A stretch of DNA of 64,000 bases from Faecousia sp. (GCA_045596215.1 JAZOBY010000070.1:636-64635); one strand, 5' to 3'. Counted from the stretch's first letter, positions 27,445-40,720 are shown. Made by a program: numbers and translations. Notes: generated from the sequence alone by a model not told the origin.

Positions 27445-28185
27445 CTAGATAAGTAAAGATTTATAAAAATCCAGCGAAGAAAATCCACGTTCCAGTTGGG
27501 TAGCCAGGTAACCCTCCGTCAGGCTTGCAAGATTCTCCAGGTTTTCTGCTCCAAGAGTGAACTGAAACAGCTTCTTAGGGTCACAACCACAGATATACTG
27601 CATGGCCTGGATAACTCCCGGATTTACCGGCATCCGGATACCGCCGCCCATACCGCCGCAGTGGGAACATTCCAGCTGTCCGGCGGACAGATCAAAACGA
27701 TTGGGAAACTCTGCACCGCAGACGTGACAACCAAACAGATCCGGTGCATAACCCGCAAGGCACGCCGCCCGGAGTTCAAATGCGGCCTTGATCTGACTTT
27801 CCGGCAGGTCAAGTGTGCATAAAGCATAGAGACTGTTCAGGAGCAACGCCAAAAGCTCAGGGTTTGGCAGATCTTCCTGAGAAATGACCTCAGCAACCTG
27901 AGCAAAATAAGTACCCAAAGAAAGCTTTGTCAAATCCCGCCGAAGGGGCTGGAACAATTCCAGGGAATGAGCCTCGTTGATGGTGTACATCCCGCGATAT
28001 TCAAATAATGTAAATTCCCCGAACGCAAGCAACTGGCAAGGGGCAATGAGCGGACTGTTTTTCCGCCGTAAGCCCCTGGCTTTGATGGTCAGCTTGCCAT
28101 GATTACGGGTCAATACCGTGAGCAGTGCATCCCGGTCATTGTAATCCGTAACCCTCAGGACGATCCCCTGGATGGTCAGATACAT
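27445..28185 (-). CDS. recO: DNA repair protein RecO
   Basis: GIVLR..DY...D..L..LT...GK N-terminus, Cys4 motif, follows era. Confidence 0.92.
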   Translation of the reverse strand: MYLTIQGIVLRVTDYNDRDALLTVLTRNHGKLTIKARGLRRKNSPLIAPCQLLAFGEFTLFEYRGMYTINEAHSLELFQPLRRDLTKLSLGTYFAQVAEVISQEDLPNPELLALLLNSLYALCTLDLPESQIKAAFELRAACLAGYAPDLFGCHVCGAEFPNRFDLSAGQLECSHCGGMGGGIRMPVNPGVIQAMQYICGCDPKKLFQFTLGAENLENLASLTEGYLATQLERGFSSLDFYKSLLI

Positions 28186-28279
28186 GGTTTTCCTCCATTT
28201 TTCGTGCCTGCTGATACAGCAGGTACATTTCCGGTGCACCGGTCTCGAGAAATAGTTCCCAGTAATTCATTGCATTCAT
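28136..28279 (-). CDS. YqzL-like small protein (47 aa), not in the ORF track
   Basis: MNAMNYWELFLETGAPEMYLLYQQ; GGAGGG RBS; era-yqzL-recO order. Confidence 0.7.
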   Translation of the reverse strand: MNAMNYWELFLETGAPEMYLLYQQARKMEENHVSDHPGDRPEGYGLQ

Positions 28280-28299
28280 ATCCATCCCTCCAACTTCCA

Positions 28300-28388
28300 G
28301 TCATTCCGAGCCAGTGCTCACACTGGCGTGGGAATCCCCATCGTAAGGTAAGATTGCCACACCAGCCTGAGGGCTGGTTCGCAATGAC
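28300..28388. repeat. Inverted pair of 37-bp REP-like palindromic units
   Basis: GTCATTCCGAGCCAGTGCTCACACTGGCGTGGGAATC (28300-28336) and, on the minus strand, GTCATTGCGAACCAGCCCTCAGGCTGGTGTGGCAATC (28388-28352). Confidence 0.75.
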
Positions 28389-28436
28389 ATGTTCTAGACG
28401 TAGGATTTGCAAATGAAGAAGAATTAACCTTGGAAA

Positions 28437-29324
28437 TTACTCTCTGTAGCCAAAGTTGCGGATAAGGAAATCGCTGTCACGCCAGCTTTCCTTAACCTTG
28501 ACCCAAGTCGTCAAAAACACCTTCGTGCCCATGAATTTTTCGCAGTCGGTACGTGCCATCGTAGAAATCTTTTTCAGCATAGCACCCTGCTTGCCGATGA
28601 TAATGCCCTTGTGGCTTGCTTTTTCGCAGTAAATAGTGGCATCCAGGTCAATAATGCCGCTGTCCCGCTCGGAGAATTTGGTGATCTCCACGGCCGTTCC
28701 GTGGGGGATCTCCCGATCCAAGCACCACAGCAGTTTCTCGCGGATGATCTCTGCCATCACCTGACGTTCCGGCTGATCCGTGGTCAGATCCTCCGGGAAC
28801 AGGAACGGGCCGTCTTGGGCGTAATTGCCGCATTCTGCGAGCAAGGCATCCACGCCATCGCCGGTCTTTGCGGAGATGGGAATGATAGCCGCAAAGGCAA
28901 AAGCCTGGCTGTATACTGCGATGACTTCCAAAAGTGTGTCCTTTTCTACGGTGTCGATCTTATTGATAGCCAAAACCACCGGGCCCTTTTTAGCGGCCAG
29001 TTGGTCCAAAAGCATCTGCTCCTGGGTGCCGACGGATGCAATGGGCTCAACCACCAAAATGGTAGCATCCACATCCGCAATGGACTCACGGACGGTGTTG
29101 ACCATGTAATCGCCCAGCTTGGTTCTCGCCTTATGGAAACCGGGAGTGTCCACAAATACATACTGTGTATCCTCTTTGGTTACGATGCCGCAGATGCGGT
29201 TACGGGTGGTCTGTGGCTTATTGGAAACGATGGCGATCTTCTCGCCAACAAGATAGTTGGTCAGCGTGGACTTGCCCACATTAGGCCGTCCGGCAATGGT
29301 GATCATAGCGGTTTTTGTTTTCAT
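28437..29324 (-). CDS. era: GTPase Era
   Basis: GRPNVGKST, DTPG, NKID, KH domain. Confidence 0.97.
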   Translation of the reverse strand: MKTKTAMITIAGRPNVGKSTLTNYLVGEKIAIVSNKPQTTRNRICGIVTKEDTQYVFVDTPGFHKARTKLGDYMVNTVRESIADVDATILVVEPIASVGTQEQMLLDQLAAKKGPVVLAINKIDTVEKDTLLEVIAVYSQAFAFAAIIPISAKTGDGVDALLAECGNYAQDGPFLFPEDLTTDQPERQVMAEIIREKLLWCLDREIPHGTAVEITKFSERDSGIIDLDATIYCEKASHKGIIIGKQGAMLKKISTMARTDCEKFMGTKVFLTTWVKVKESWRDSDFLIRNFGYRE

Positions 29325-29346
29325 ATCTTCAATCTCCTAAGTACAA

Positions 29347-29658
29347 TCAACTAAAATCGATCAATCTGTCGCCTTTAAATCGTAGTGTCCCGGTCTCGCC
29401 CTTGTGATAGCCGTTATAGGAAAACTCCGAGACCTTGAAGCTGCGGCGTTTGTTGCCGATCTGAAAGGTCACATAGTAGTGGTTTGTTTTACCGGAAGCA
29501 GAATATTTGGAAAAGGATTCCGTTACTTGTTTATTGACCAATGTTGCTTTCACAGACTTGGTGCGGCCGTACTGCCGCCGGAAAAACCATACAAGCATTC
29601 CGACAAACCAGATAATAGTTATAGCTGCTCCGATATATCCTGCTAAATTCTCCGGCAT
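29347..29658 (-). CDS. DUF2500-like membrane-anchored protein
   Basis: N-terminal TM, YYVTF, G.L.FKG. Confidence 0.7.
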   Translation of the reverse strand: MPENLAGYIGAAITIIWFVGMLVWFFRRQYGRTKSVKATLVNKQVTESFSKYSASGKTNHYYVTFQIGNKRRSFKVSEFSYNGYHKGETGTLRFKGDRLIDFS

Positions 29659-29677
29659 AACAGTACCTCCTTTGTGC

Positions 29678-30178
29678 TCAATCCCGGATCATTCCGGGAA
29701 TTGTAGCGGCGATGGCTTCCTCTCGTGCACGCATCTGCTTTTTCTGCTCGCCCTCGTCCAGGTGGTCATAGCCCAGCAAATGAAGCATGGAATGGATGGT
29801 CAGGTACCCCACTTCCCTCTTTACGCTGTGGCCGAATTCCTTGGCCTGGGCGGTTGCACGTTCCAGGGAGATGCACATATCCCCCAGGGGACACATATCC
29901 GTTTCCGCATCCAGGTATTCCGTCCAATCGCTGGGTGGATTGCCGGCTTCCAGCTGGAACATGGGAAAGCTCAACACATCCGTTGCCTTGTCGATATTCC
30001 GGCTGGCATTGTTGATAGCCCGGATGCCCCGGTCATTGGTGATCAGCACATTGATCTCACAAGGTACATCTATCTTCTCAGCAGTCAAAGTCGATTCCAC
30101 GCATTTGCGGATGATTGAAGTGATAAAGGCCTGCTTTAATGTGAAGATATCGAAATTGATATTGATTTTGTATTTCAT
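29678..30178 (-). CDS. ybeY: rRNA maturation RNase YbeY
   Basis: TDVLSFP, HSMLHLLGYDH. Confidence 0.96.
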   Translation of the reverse strand: MKYKININFDIFTLKQAFITSIIRKCVESTLTAEKIDVPCEINVLITNDRGIRAINNASRNIDKATDVLSFPMFQLEAGNPPSDWTEYLDAETDMCPLGDMCISLERATAQAKEFGHSVKREVGYLTIHSMLHLLGYDHLDEGEQKKQMRAREEAIAATIPGMIRD

Positions 30179-31188
30179 TATTTCTTCCTCTGTGTATACC
30201 GTTTTTGCGGATTCGTCGTCTGTTCTTGTTTCTTGCTGGCCTTTTCGTAAGCGTTGATAATCTGCTGCACCAAAGCATGACGCACCACGTCAGCACTGGT
30301 CAGCTGGCAGATGGCAATATCTTTTACATCTTCCAAAACCCGAACCGCATCCTTCAAACCGGAGACCTTGTCGTCCGGCAGGTCAATCTGGGTGACGTCA
30401 CCGGTGATGACAATTTTCGAGCCGAAGCCAAGACGGGTCAGGAACATCTTCATCTGCTCCCGGGTGGTATTCTGAGCCTCATCCAGAATGATGAAGCTGT
30501 CATCCAGCGTGCGGCCTCTCATGTAGGCCAGAGGTGCCACTTCGATAGAGCCACGTGCCTGGTACTTCTGGAAGGTTTCCGGGCCCAGCATGTCATACAG
30601 GGCGTCATACAGGGGTCTGAGATAGGGATCGACCTTGTTTTGCAGATCACCGGGCAAAAAGCCCAGCCGCTCCCCAGCTTCTACCGCCGGACGGGTCAGA
30701 ATAATCCGATTGACTGTCCGCTCCCGAAATGCGGCCACCGCCGCGGCTACTGCAAGATAGGTCTTGCCCGTACCCGCAGGGCCAACGCCGATGGTGATGG
30801 TATTGGCCTGGATGGCTTTCATGTATTTCTGCTGACCGACAGTCTTTGCCTTGATAGGCTTGCCCTTTGCGGTGATGCACACCACGTCCTTGGCCATTTG
30901 AGAAACCAGGGCATCATTGCCCTCCTGTACCAAGGTGATGAGGTAACGAACCCGCTGTTCGTCAATGGTCTCCCCTCTTGCTGCCAAGGACAGCAGCCCC
31001 TCTAAAGTCCTTGCCGCCTTGTCAACAGATTCTGCATCTCCGGAGATTTTCAATTCATTTCCTCGGTTGACAATATTCACATCCAAGGCTTCTTCAATAC
31101 GCTTGATATTCTCGTCAAAAGAGCCGAAGACTGCAATCAGATCCTCCACACGCTCAACACTGACGATCCGTTCTGTAACATGACTCAT
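30178..31188 (-). CDS. phoH: PhoH-family protein
   Basis: GPAGTGKT, RPAVEAGE, AYMRGRT, DEAQN. Confidence 0.95.
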   Translation of the reverse strand: MSHVTERIVSVERVEDLIAVFGSFDENIKRIEEALDVNIVNRGNELKISGDAESVDKAARTLEGLLSLAARGETIDEQRVRYLITLVQEGNDALVSQMAKDVVCITAKGKPIKAKTVGQQKYMKAIQANTITIGVGPAGTGKTYLAVAAAVAAFRERTVNRIILTRPAVEAGERLGFLPGDLQNKVDPYLRPLYDALYDMLGPETFQKYQARGSIEVAPLAYMRGRTLDDSFIILDEAQNTTREQMKMFLTRLGFGSKIVITGDVTQIDLPDDKVSGLKDAVRVLEDVKDIAICQLTSADVVRHALVQQIINAYEKASKKQEQTTNPQKRYTQRKK

Positions 31189-32366
31189 GGTGTTATGATC
31201 TCCTCCAACCGTTCCAGCCCGATCATTTCCAGGCATTCATATTTCCCATCCAAAAGCAAACAATCCTCCTGCCGGGAAATATCCACTTGCGAATTTAATA
31301 TTCTGCCGGCTACCATCTGACCGGATAGATAACGCTCTGCCAGCTGCGGCAATGTCGTTTCCTCTAAATCACCGGCAGCAACCGACTCTTGATTTTCGTA
31401 ATAAATACAGGTCTCTGTGACAAAAGCGATGGGCAAAACAAATCCACCCGGCAGCGTCACATAACTCTCCTCATACATTTTAACACATCCGGTATCCAAA
31501 ATTCCACTATCTTGTGAGAAATTTATTCGATTTTTTCCGATAATTATGCCTGTTTTCCTTTTTTCTACCACTTGCTCCCCTCTTTGAACAGAATTTTGGG
31601 GCATGACACAGGAAAATTCGTGGTGCGTTTCGGCATAAACTTCCCCTTGTGCCCGCTCAGCTCGAATGGAAATACCGCAATCCGTATAACCGGAAATCAG
31701 TACCTCTCCGGCTTTTACCGCCTGTCCGGTCTTGCAAGCGGCCGAGCCACCGGTGACTGTTAGCTCCCGAATCACCCCATCCCGCGTGGCGATAATGCTG
31801 CTGACACCATGCAACTGAGCAAGCTCATCTCCGCTTTGCCGTTCCCGTACGGAAATGGTTGCCACGCATCCGGCCGTATTGATCCCCACCCATTCCAATT
31901 CCGGAACAGAGCTTAAAAGCTGATTTTTCACCTTTTCGCTGCGGATCTCTCGCCGTGATACGCCGAATTCTATGCCACATTGGGCCGCCAGTTCCAATAT
32001 TTTTTTATCCGGAACGGCCGCATTGCCCTCAATTTGGAAGAAGAATATCCGTGTGGGAATCAGTAAAGTTAGCAGAATGATGAAAGCAAGTCCGCATAGC
32101 AAAACCGGTCGCTTCATAAGGAAACGAATCTGCCAATAGAGACCATTGTGGGTAACAATTTTCATGGTTTCACCACGTTTTTCCGTGATGCGTTTGACCG
32201 CTTTTATGTATTGCCTCTGCACGCCAAATGTACAACGCAGTTCATCCAGGAACCGTACATGCTCCAAGGGAATATTGCGTTCATGGAGCGTTGACAGCAT
32301 CCCGGAAATATCCGCAGATATGACTTCCACTGTCACCCCACCGTTAAAGGATTGCCACAGATCCAT
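31185..32366 (-). CDS. yqfD: Sporulation protein YqfD
   Basis: IIATRDGVI...GQAVKAGEVLISG; yqfC-yqfD-phoH-ybeY order. Confidence 0.88.
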   Translation of the reverse strand: MDLWQSFNGGVTVEVISADISGMLSTLHERNIPLEHVRFLDELRCTFGVQRQYIKAVKRITEKRGETMKIVTHNGLYWQIRFLMKRPVLLCGLAFIILLTLLIPTRIFFFQIEGNAAVPDKKILELAAQCGIEFGVSRREIRSEKVKNQLLSSVPELEWVGINTAGCVATISVRERQSGDELAQLHGVSSIIATRDGVIRELTVTGGSAACKTGQAVKAGEVLISGYTDCGISIRAERAQGEVYAETHHEFSCVMPQNSVQRGEQVVEKRKTGIIIGKNRINFSQDSGILDTGCVKMYEESYVTLPGGFVLPIAFVTETCIYYENQESVAAGDLEETTLPQLAERYLSGQMVAGRILNSQVDISRQEDCLLLDGKYECLEMIGLERLEEIITP

Positions 32367-32370
32367 CCCC

Positions 32371-32646
32371 TCACCCCCTGCAAAGCTGGACCATATCAAT
32401 GTTTCCCACAATGATCAGTTGTCCCTTGGTCATGCGGGACAACTCCAGTTTACTCCCGCACACGCAGACGGAGCCAAATTTCACCTTAACACGAATCAGA
32501 TTTTCACCGTACTCTGTAACGCCCTTGTGGTTTTCGATCAGAACTCTGCTATGGTCGATGATTTCCACCAATGGGCGGCCAGGAATCGGTTCATCCGGCA
32601 GATCCGCCGCAAATGCCAACTTATGTATCAAAGAATCGGACTTCAA
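32371..32646 (-). CDS. yqfC: YabP/YqfC-family sporulation protein
   Basis: IENHKGVTEY, G..L motif; gene order. Confidence 0.85.
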   Translation of the reverse strand: MKSDSLIHKLAFAADLPDEPIPGRPLVEIIDHSRVLIENHKGVTEYGENLIRVKVKFGSVCVCGSKLELSRMTKGQLIIVGNIDMVQLCRG

Positions 32647-32732
32647 TACACATCCCTCCTTTTGGGAAAGCATATGAACAAATGGGGATGAAATTGCATT
32701 TTGACGCATAGATTCTTTTGAGGTGACTGAAC

Positions 32733-33752
32733 ATGAAAAAAAGAATGATTCATGCCATATTTGCAGGGTTTGGCGTTTTACTTTTGATATTGGACAGTCG
32801 CAGTGCCCTCAGCGGTGCACAAGCTGGGATTGAACTGTGTCTATGCAGCGTTATTCCGTCCCTTTTCCCGTTTATCGTACTGACCGGTATGCTTGCATCT
32901 GTCGTAAGCGGAGGAAATTTCCGTTTTTTGCATCCTCTCGGAAAACTGCTCGGTATCCCGAGAGGCAGCGAAGGACTCTTCCTGACGGGTATTCTCGGCG
33001 GTTATCCTACGGGGGCTTTGGCTGTGCACCAGGCTTGGAAGTGTGGCCAGCTTCGGAAGAATGATGCACAGCGTATGCTGGCATTTTGCAGCAATGCAGG
33101 CCCTGCGTTTTTATTTGGAATTCTCGGAAGTAAATTTCCGCAAATATGGATGCTTTGGCTTCTTTGGGGTATTCACATTCTGTCCGCCATATTAGTCGGG
33201 ATGCTATTGCCGGGGAAAAGTCGTGAACAGCATAGGGTAACATCTGCACCATCTTTGACAGTCACACAAGCAGTTAAAAACGCCGTGTCGACAATGGGGT
33301 ATATATGCGGCTGGATTGTGCTTATTCGAGTCGTTCTTGCGTTTTGCGACAAGTGGTTTTTGTGGTTACTGCCCCATGCTGCCCGGGTTGGATTCTACGG
33401 CTTTCTGGAACTGGCGAACGGGTGTCTGACGATAGATACCCTGGCATCAACAGGTGCACGCTTTATTATATCTAGCGGCATGTTGGCATTTGGCGGTATT
33501 TGCGTGCTGATGCAGACCGCATCTGTTACAGGAAGTCTTGGCCTTGGGCTCTATCTGCCGGGAAAATTGTTGCAAACTCTATTCAGTATTCTACTCAGTT
33601 GGCTCGTCCAATGGTTGCTGTTCCCTGCCACGGAAAAGATCGATTTATCGCTAAGTATGTTCCTGATTCTTGGATTTACCGCCACTATTCTTGTAGCCAC
33701 AACAAGAAAAAGGAAAATTAGGGGTAGCATTCCCCAGTTATTTGGTGTATAA
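32733..33752 (+). CDS. ylbJ: Sporulation membrane protein YlbJ-like
   Basis: VIPSLFPF, GGYPTGA, SNAGPAF, LELANG, FGGICVLMQ. Confidence 0.8.
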   Translation: MKKRMIHAIFAGFGVLLLILDSRSALSGAQAGIELCLCSVIPSLFPFIVLTGMLASVVSGGNFRFLHPLGKLLGIPRGSEGLFLTGILGGYPTGALAVHQAWKCGQLRKNDAQRMLAFCSNAGPAFLFGILGSKFPQIWMLWLLWGIHILSAILVGMLLPGKSREQHRVTSAPSLTVTQAVKNAVSTMGYICGWIVLIRVVLAFCDKWFLWLLPHAARVGFYGFLELANGCLTIDTLASTGARFIISSGMLAFGGICVLMQTASVTGSLGLGLYLPGKLLQTLFSILLSWLVQWLLFPATEKIDLSLSMFLILGFTATILVATTRKRKIRGSIPQLFGV

Positions 33753-33783
33753 TCTACTCATAAGAACAAAAGGAGGCAGTATT

Positions 33784-33993
33784 ATGCTGTTTCGTAAGAA
33801 AATAGAAAGATCCTGCACATACTGTCACCACGGTACCGCTTTGGAAGAAGGACTGACATTGTGCACCAAACGGGGCGTCGTTCCGTCTGACAAAAAGTGT
33901 CGGAAATTTTCCTATGATCCCATCAAACGGATCCCCGTCAAACCCAAAGCATTGGATTTCAATAAGTACGACAACGAGGATTTCAGTCTATAA
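33784..33993 (+). CDS. Small Cys-rich hypothetical protein
   Basis: CTYC...C..RGVV...CRKFSYDP; AAGGAGG RBS. Confidence 0.75.
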   Translation: MLFRKKIERSCTYCHHGTALEEGLTLCTKRGVVPSDKKCRKFSYDPIKRIPVKPKALDFNKYDNEDFSL

Positions 33994-34039
33994 AACAAAA
34001 ACAGCGGAATTACTTCCGCTGTTTTGTTTATTTACCTGA

Positions 34040-36638
<2,599 letters not shown>

Positions 36639-36679
36639 ACCATCACCTCTTGGGATTATATGTCACGGACGGGAAAATA

Positions 36680-39079
36680 TTACAGCTTTTTCATATGGAC
36701 GGATGCAGTCTTCGCCATCAATTTTTTGGTACCGATCTGATCAAAGGCAATTTCCAGCAACGCGTCTCCGCCCATTTTCATGACGGACAGGACCATTCCC
36801 TTGCCGAATGCCGTATGATTGACCATATCGCCTTTGTTCAGCTCCAATGCAGGTGCAGAGGTCTGAGTCGGCGTCTTGGTGACATACACGTTTTTCGGTG
36901 CTGCCCAGGTTGTCGCCGGGCGGCGGAATGTGTCATCCGCAAAGCCTTGCACTTGCGGTGCGGTGAAACCGCCCCTCTTTTCGATTTCGTCCTGGGGCAG
37001 TTCCCTCAGAAAACGGGATGCCATGGATGCATTTGTGCGGCCGTAGAGCATTCTCTGTCGGGCATGGCTGATGGTAAGGGTCTGCTTCGCCCGGGTGATA
37101 GCCACATAGCAAAGTCGACGTTCCTCTTCCATTTCTTCCATATCTCCGATGGCCTTCATGCCCGGAAACAGGCCGTCTTCAAAACCGACCAGGAAAACGT
37201 GCGGAAATTCCAGACCCTTGGACGAGTGCATGGTCATCATGACCGCCGCATCATCACCGTCGTTATATTCCTCGATATCCGTGTAAAGAGCGATCTCTTC
37301 CAGGAAACCGGCCAGAGATGGTGTATCCGCATTCTCTACATAGGAAAGAATGCTGGATTTCAATTCCCGGATGTTCTCCAACCGGGTCTTGTTTTCCTCG
37401 GTATCTTTCTTTTGAAGCATCTCAATATAGCCGGTGCGAATCATCAGTTCTTCGTAGAAATCAGCAAGGCTCATGCCTTCGTCCAGCAGTGCTTCCAAAC
37501 CGTCAATTAAGGAAGCAAACGCACTCAGCTTGGGTGCAATCTTTTCAAGGGGTGCATACATGCCGGCATTCGACACTACCTCATATAAGGGCAGTCCTTC
37601 CGCGGTCGCCAAACGTGCCGCAGTTTCCAACGACTTTGCACCCAAACCTCTTGGCGGGTTATTGATGACCCGATTCAGCCGCAAGTCGTCAGAACGGTTA
37701 TTGATGACGCACAAATACGCCAGCATATCCTTGATTTCTGCCCGGTCAAAGAATCGTGTACCGCCAATGACCCGGTACGGAATCCCGTTGCGTTTCAGTG
37801 CATATTCCAGGGCATTGGATTGGGCGTTGGTGCGGTAAAGGATGGCGTAATCCTTGAAATTCTTGCCTTTGGATTTCTTAATGATCTGTCCGGCAACAAA
37901 ACTGGCCTCAGCCCGTTCGTCCGTTGCCTCGTATACCGTCACCGGGTCGCCGATGCCGTTGGCAGTCCAAAGGCGCTTGCCTTTTCGACCACGGTTGTGA
38001 ACGATCACAGAATTGGCCGCGTTGAGAATGGATTGGCTGGAACGGTAATTTTGCTCTAAGCGAATCACCCTCGCACCCCGGTACTGCTTCTCAAAATCCA
38101 AAATGTTTTCGATGGTGGCACCACGGAAGCGGTAAATACTCTGGTCATCGTCGCCCACAACACAGATATTCTCATATCCACCGGCAAGCAGGGACGTAAG
38201 CAGATATTGCAGATGGTTGGTGTCCTGATACTCATCCACCAAAACGTAACGGAATTTCCGCTGATAGTAGGCACGAACATCCTCATGCTCCTGCAAGAGC
38301 TTAACCGTCAGCAGGATAATATCGTCAAAATCGACGGCATTATTCTCTTTCAGCTTCGTCTGATATTTCTTATATGCCCTTGCAATGGGCATCAGCCGCA
38401 TATCACCACTGTCCAGCGCACGCTCCAACAGGTCGTCTGGCGATACCATCCGGTCTTTCTCCTTGCTGATGACACCAAGCAAAAATTTTGCAGGAAAGGT
38501 CTTGTCATCCAGGCCCATATCCTTGACAATATCCTTCATGATCCGCTCAGAATCCGCTGTATCGTAGATGGTAAAACTGCGGCTGTATCCCAACCGTTCA
38601 ATGTCCCGCCGCAGGATCCGGCAGCAGGCGGAGTGGAATGTCATGGCCCATACGTCTTCCGCCTCCGGGCCCAGCATGGTCCCCAGACGGGCTTTCAGTT
38701 CGTTAGCCGCCTTATTGGTAAAGGTAATGGCAATGATGCTCCAAGGCACAGCCGGGCGTAAGGCACACAGAAAGTCCGCATGACTGCGTTCAAAATCCGT
38801 AGCATCAGTAGACAGATTTTCCAAAAATTCCACGTCTTCTTCCGTTACCGTATCCGGCACATCGTTGACTGACGGATCACTGCCGGCACCAAAGCGGATC
38901 AAATTTGCAATGCGGTGGATTAGAACTGTCGTCTTTCCACTTCCGGCACCTGCAAGCAGCAAAAGCGGCCCCTCTGTGGTCAGAGCGGCTTCCTGCTGCA
39001 TTGGATTCAATTTTGAAAACTGCCCGGCAATGTAACGCCGCCGGGCAGTTAAAAATCGGTTTAAATACTCTTCGGTCAT
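36680..39079 (-). CDS. pcrA: UvrD/PcrA DNA helicase
   Basis: AGAGSGKT, TFTNKAA, DEYQD, HSSKGLEF, EERRLCYVAITRA. Confidence 0.95.
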   Translation of the reverse strand: MTEEYLNRFLTARRRYIAGQFSKLNPMQQEAALTTEGPLLLLAGAGSGKTTVLIHRIANLIRFGAGSDPSVNDVPDTVTEEDVEFLENLSTDATDFERSHADFLCALRPAVPWSIIAITFTNKAANELKARLGTMLGPEAEDVWAMTFHSACCRILRRDIERLGYSRSFTIYDTADSERIMKDIVKDMGLDDKTFPAKFLLGVISKEKDRMVSPDDLLERALDSGDMRLMPIARAYKKYQTKLKENNAVDFDDIILLTVKLLQEHEDVRAYYQRKFRYVLVDEYQDTNHLQYLLTSLLAGGYENICVVGDDDQSIYRFRGATIENILDFEKQYRGARVIRLEQNYRSSQSILNAANSVIVHNRGRKGKRLWTANGIGDPVTVYEATDERAEASFVAGQIIKKSKGKNFKDYAILYRTNAQSNALEYALKRNGIPYRVIGGTRFFDRAEIKDMLAYLCVINNRSDDLRLNRVINNPPRGLGAKSLETAARLATAEGLPLYEVVSNAGMYAPLEKIAPKLSAFASLIDGLEALLDEGMSLADFYEELMIRTGYIEMLQKKDTEENKTRLENIRELKSSILSYVENADTPSLAGFLEEIALYTDIEEYNDGDDAAVMMTMHSSKGLEFPHVFLVGFEDGLFPGMKAIGDMEEMEEERRLCYVAITRAKQTLTISHARQRMLYGRTNASMASRFLRELPQDEIEKRGGFTAPQVQGFADDTFRRPATTWAAPKNVYVTKTPTQTSAPALELNKGDMVNHTAFGKGMVLSVMKMGGDALLEIAFDQIGTKKLMAKTASVHMKKL

Positions 39080-39151
39080 AACTGCACCTTTATATCTTTT
39101 GGATGCTTCTATTCTACCGCATTTTCACCGAAAGGTAAAGTAAAATTTGTC

Positions 39152-39856
39152 CTAATCCATAAAAAGACGCAAATTGGACAAGGCTTTCTTTTCGATGCGG
39201 GATACCTGCACCTGACTGACCTGTAAGACCTTCGCCACACGCTCTTGTGTCAGACCGTGAAAATAACGCAGTTGAATGACCATACGCTCTCGTTCCGGCA
39301 AATTGGAAATAGCCTGCTTTAAGGAAATGATCTCCACAAGGGATTCTTCCGTCTGGGTATCTGTCAGCACATCTTCCAGGGAGAAACCATCCTCCCCTGT
39401 TTCCCTTTGGATGGATTCCGTTGCCGCCGTAGCCGTTTCCGCAACTGCGATTTCTTCCGGTGACAAACCTGTCTTTTCAGATATCTCCGTCACCGAGGGT
39501 TCACGGCCAAGGGCATTTGTCAAGTTGTTTCGTGCCATTTTGATGGTCGCCGCCTGCTCCTTGATGGTGCGGGATACCTTAACGGCTCCGTCGTCCCGCA
39601 AAAAACGTCGGATCTCCCCGGATATCTTTGGTACAGCGTAGGTAGAAAACTGCGTGCCGTATTCCAGGTCAAAGCCTTCCACAGCCTTTAAAAATCCCAG
39701 ACAACCCAGTTGGTACAGATCATCACCGTCCACACCACGACCGAGAAACCGACGGGCAACGGACCAAATCAAGCCGGAATTCTCCGTAACCAACGTCTCT
39801 GAAGCCGTCTTGTCCCCTTTCTGTGCCTGGGCGATCAGTTCTTCCAGCCTGCTCAT
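39152..39856 (-). CDS. sigF: Sporulation sigma factor SigF
   Basis: DDLYQLG, FSTYAVP, RDDG; follows spoIIAB. Confidence 0.93.
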   Translation of the reverse strand: MSRLEELIAQAQKGDKTASETLVTENSGLIWSVARRFLGRGVDGDDLYQLGCLGFLKAVEGFDLEYGTQFSTYAVPKISGEIRRFLRDDGAVKVSRTIKEQAATIKMARNNLTNALGREPSVTEISEKTGLSPEEIAVAETATAATESIQRETGEDGFSLEDVLTDTQTEESLVEIISLKQAISNLPERERMVIQLRYFHGLTQERVAKVLQVSQVQVSRIEKKALSNLRLFMD

Positions 39857-40287
39857 TTTCTTTTTTGGATCCTGCGACGCATATGTACCGTTGTTCCCTT
39901 TCCGGGAACGGATTTGATCTCAAAAGAGGTCATAAAGCTCTCCATAATGGTAAAGCCCATGCCGCTCCGGTCACTGCCTCCGGTAGTAAACATGGGCCGG
40001 CGTGCCTGCTCAATATCAGGAATACCAACACCCTGGTCTTTCACAACAATATCCAGCACATTGTCTTTCAGTATCCGGCACCGCAGCGTAATAAGGCCAA
40101 GTTCCTGCGGATATGCGTGAACAATGCAGTTGGTAACCGCTTCCGATACCGCTGTGCGAATATCTCCCAATTCCTCCAACGTGGGATCCATTTGTGCCGC
40201 AAAGCAGGCCACAGCCGATCGGGCGAATGCCTCATTTGTAGATCTGCTTGGGAACTCCAAGACCATAAAATTTTCGAATTTCATCAA
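39853..40287 (-). CDS. spoIIAB: Anti-sigma F factor
   Basis: NEAFAR, SEAVTNCIVHAY, RSGMGFTIME. Confidence 0.96.
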   Translation of the reverse strand: MMKFENFMVLEFPSRSTNEAFARSAVACFAAQMDPTLEELGDIRTAVSEAVTNCIVHAYPQELGLITLRCRILKDNVLDIVVKDQGVGIPDIEQARRPMFTTGGSDRSGMGFTIMESFMTSFEIKSVPGKGTTVHMRRRIQKRK

Positions 40288-40598
40288 ACTGCCTCCTTAA
40301 TTTCCACTAATTTATCAATGCCGGATGCACGAAAAACACGCATTGGCTGTTCACAGATGCCTGTAAGCATCAATTTTCCCTCAATTTGTGCCATGGCCCG
40401 CAGGGCGTTGATCACCACCGCAATTCCCGATGAATCCACAAATGTTACATCCTGGAAGTCCAAAACACATACTTCCGGTGTATATGCTTCGATCTTTCCC
40501 GCGATTGACTGAATGTAGTTTTTCGCACAATGGTGATCAATCTCTCCTGTCAGGGCAACTGTCAATCTGCCGTCATCCAGGAAACTTGTAAATTGCAT
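40284..40598 (-). CDS. spoIIAA: Anti-sigma F antagonist
   Basis: GEIDHH, FVDSSGI. Confidence 0.95.
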   Translation of the reverse strand: MQFTSFLDDGRLTVALTGEIDHHCAKNYIQSIAGKIEAYTPEVCVLDFQDVTFVDSSGIAVVINALRAMAQIEGKLMLTGICEQPMRVFRASGIDKLVEIKEAV

Positions 40599-40720
40599 TT
40601 TAATTCCTCCTTTTGTGTTTGTAGCAACAGTATAAAAAATGCGGTTTGGCTTTTGCAGTCGGAAATAGGAAAAGAAAAATGCTTCTGCACAAATTTGTGC
40701 AGGAGCATTTCATTATTTAA

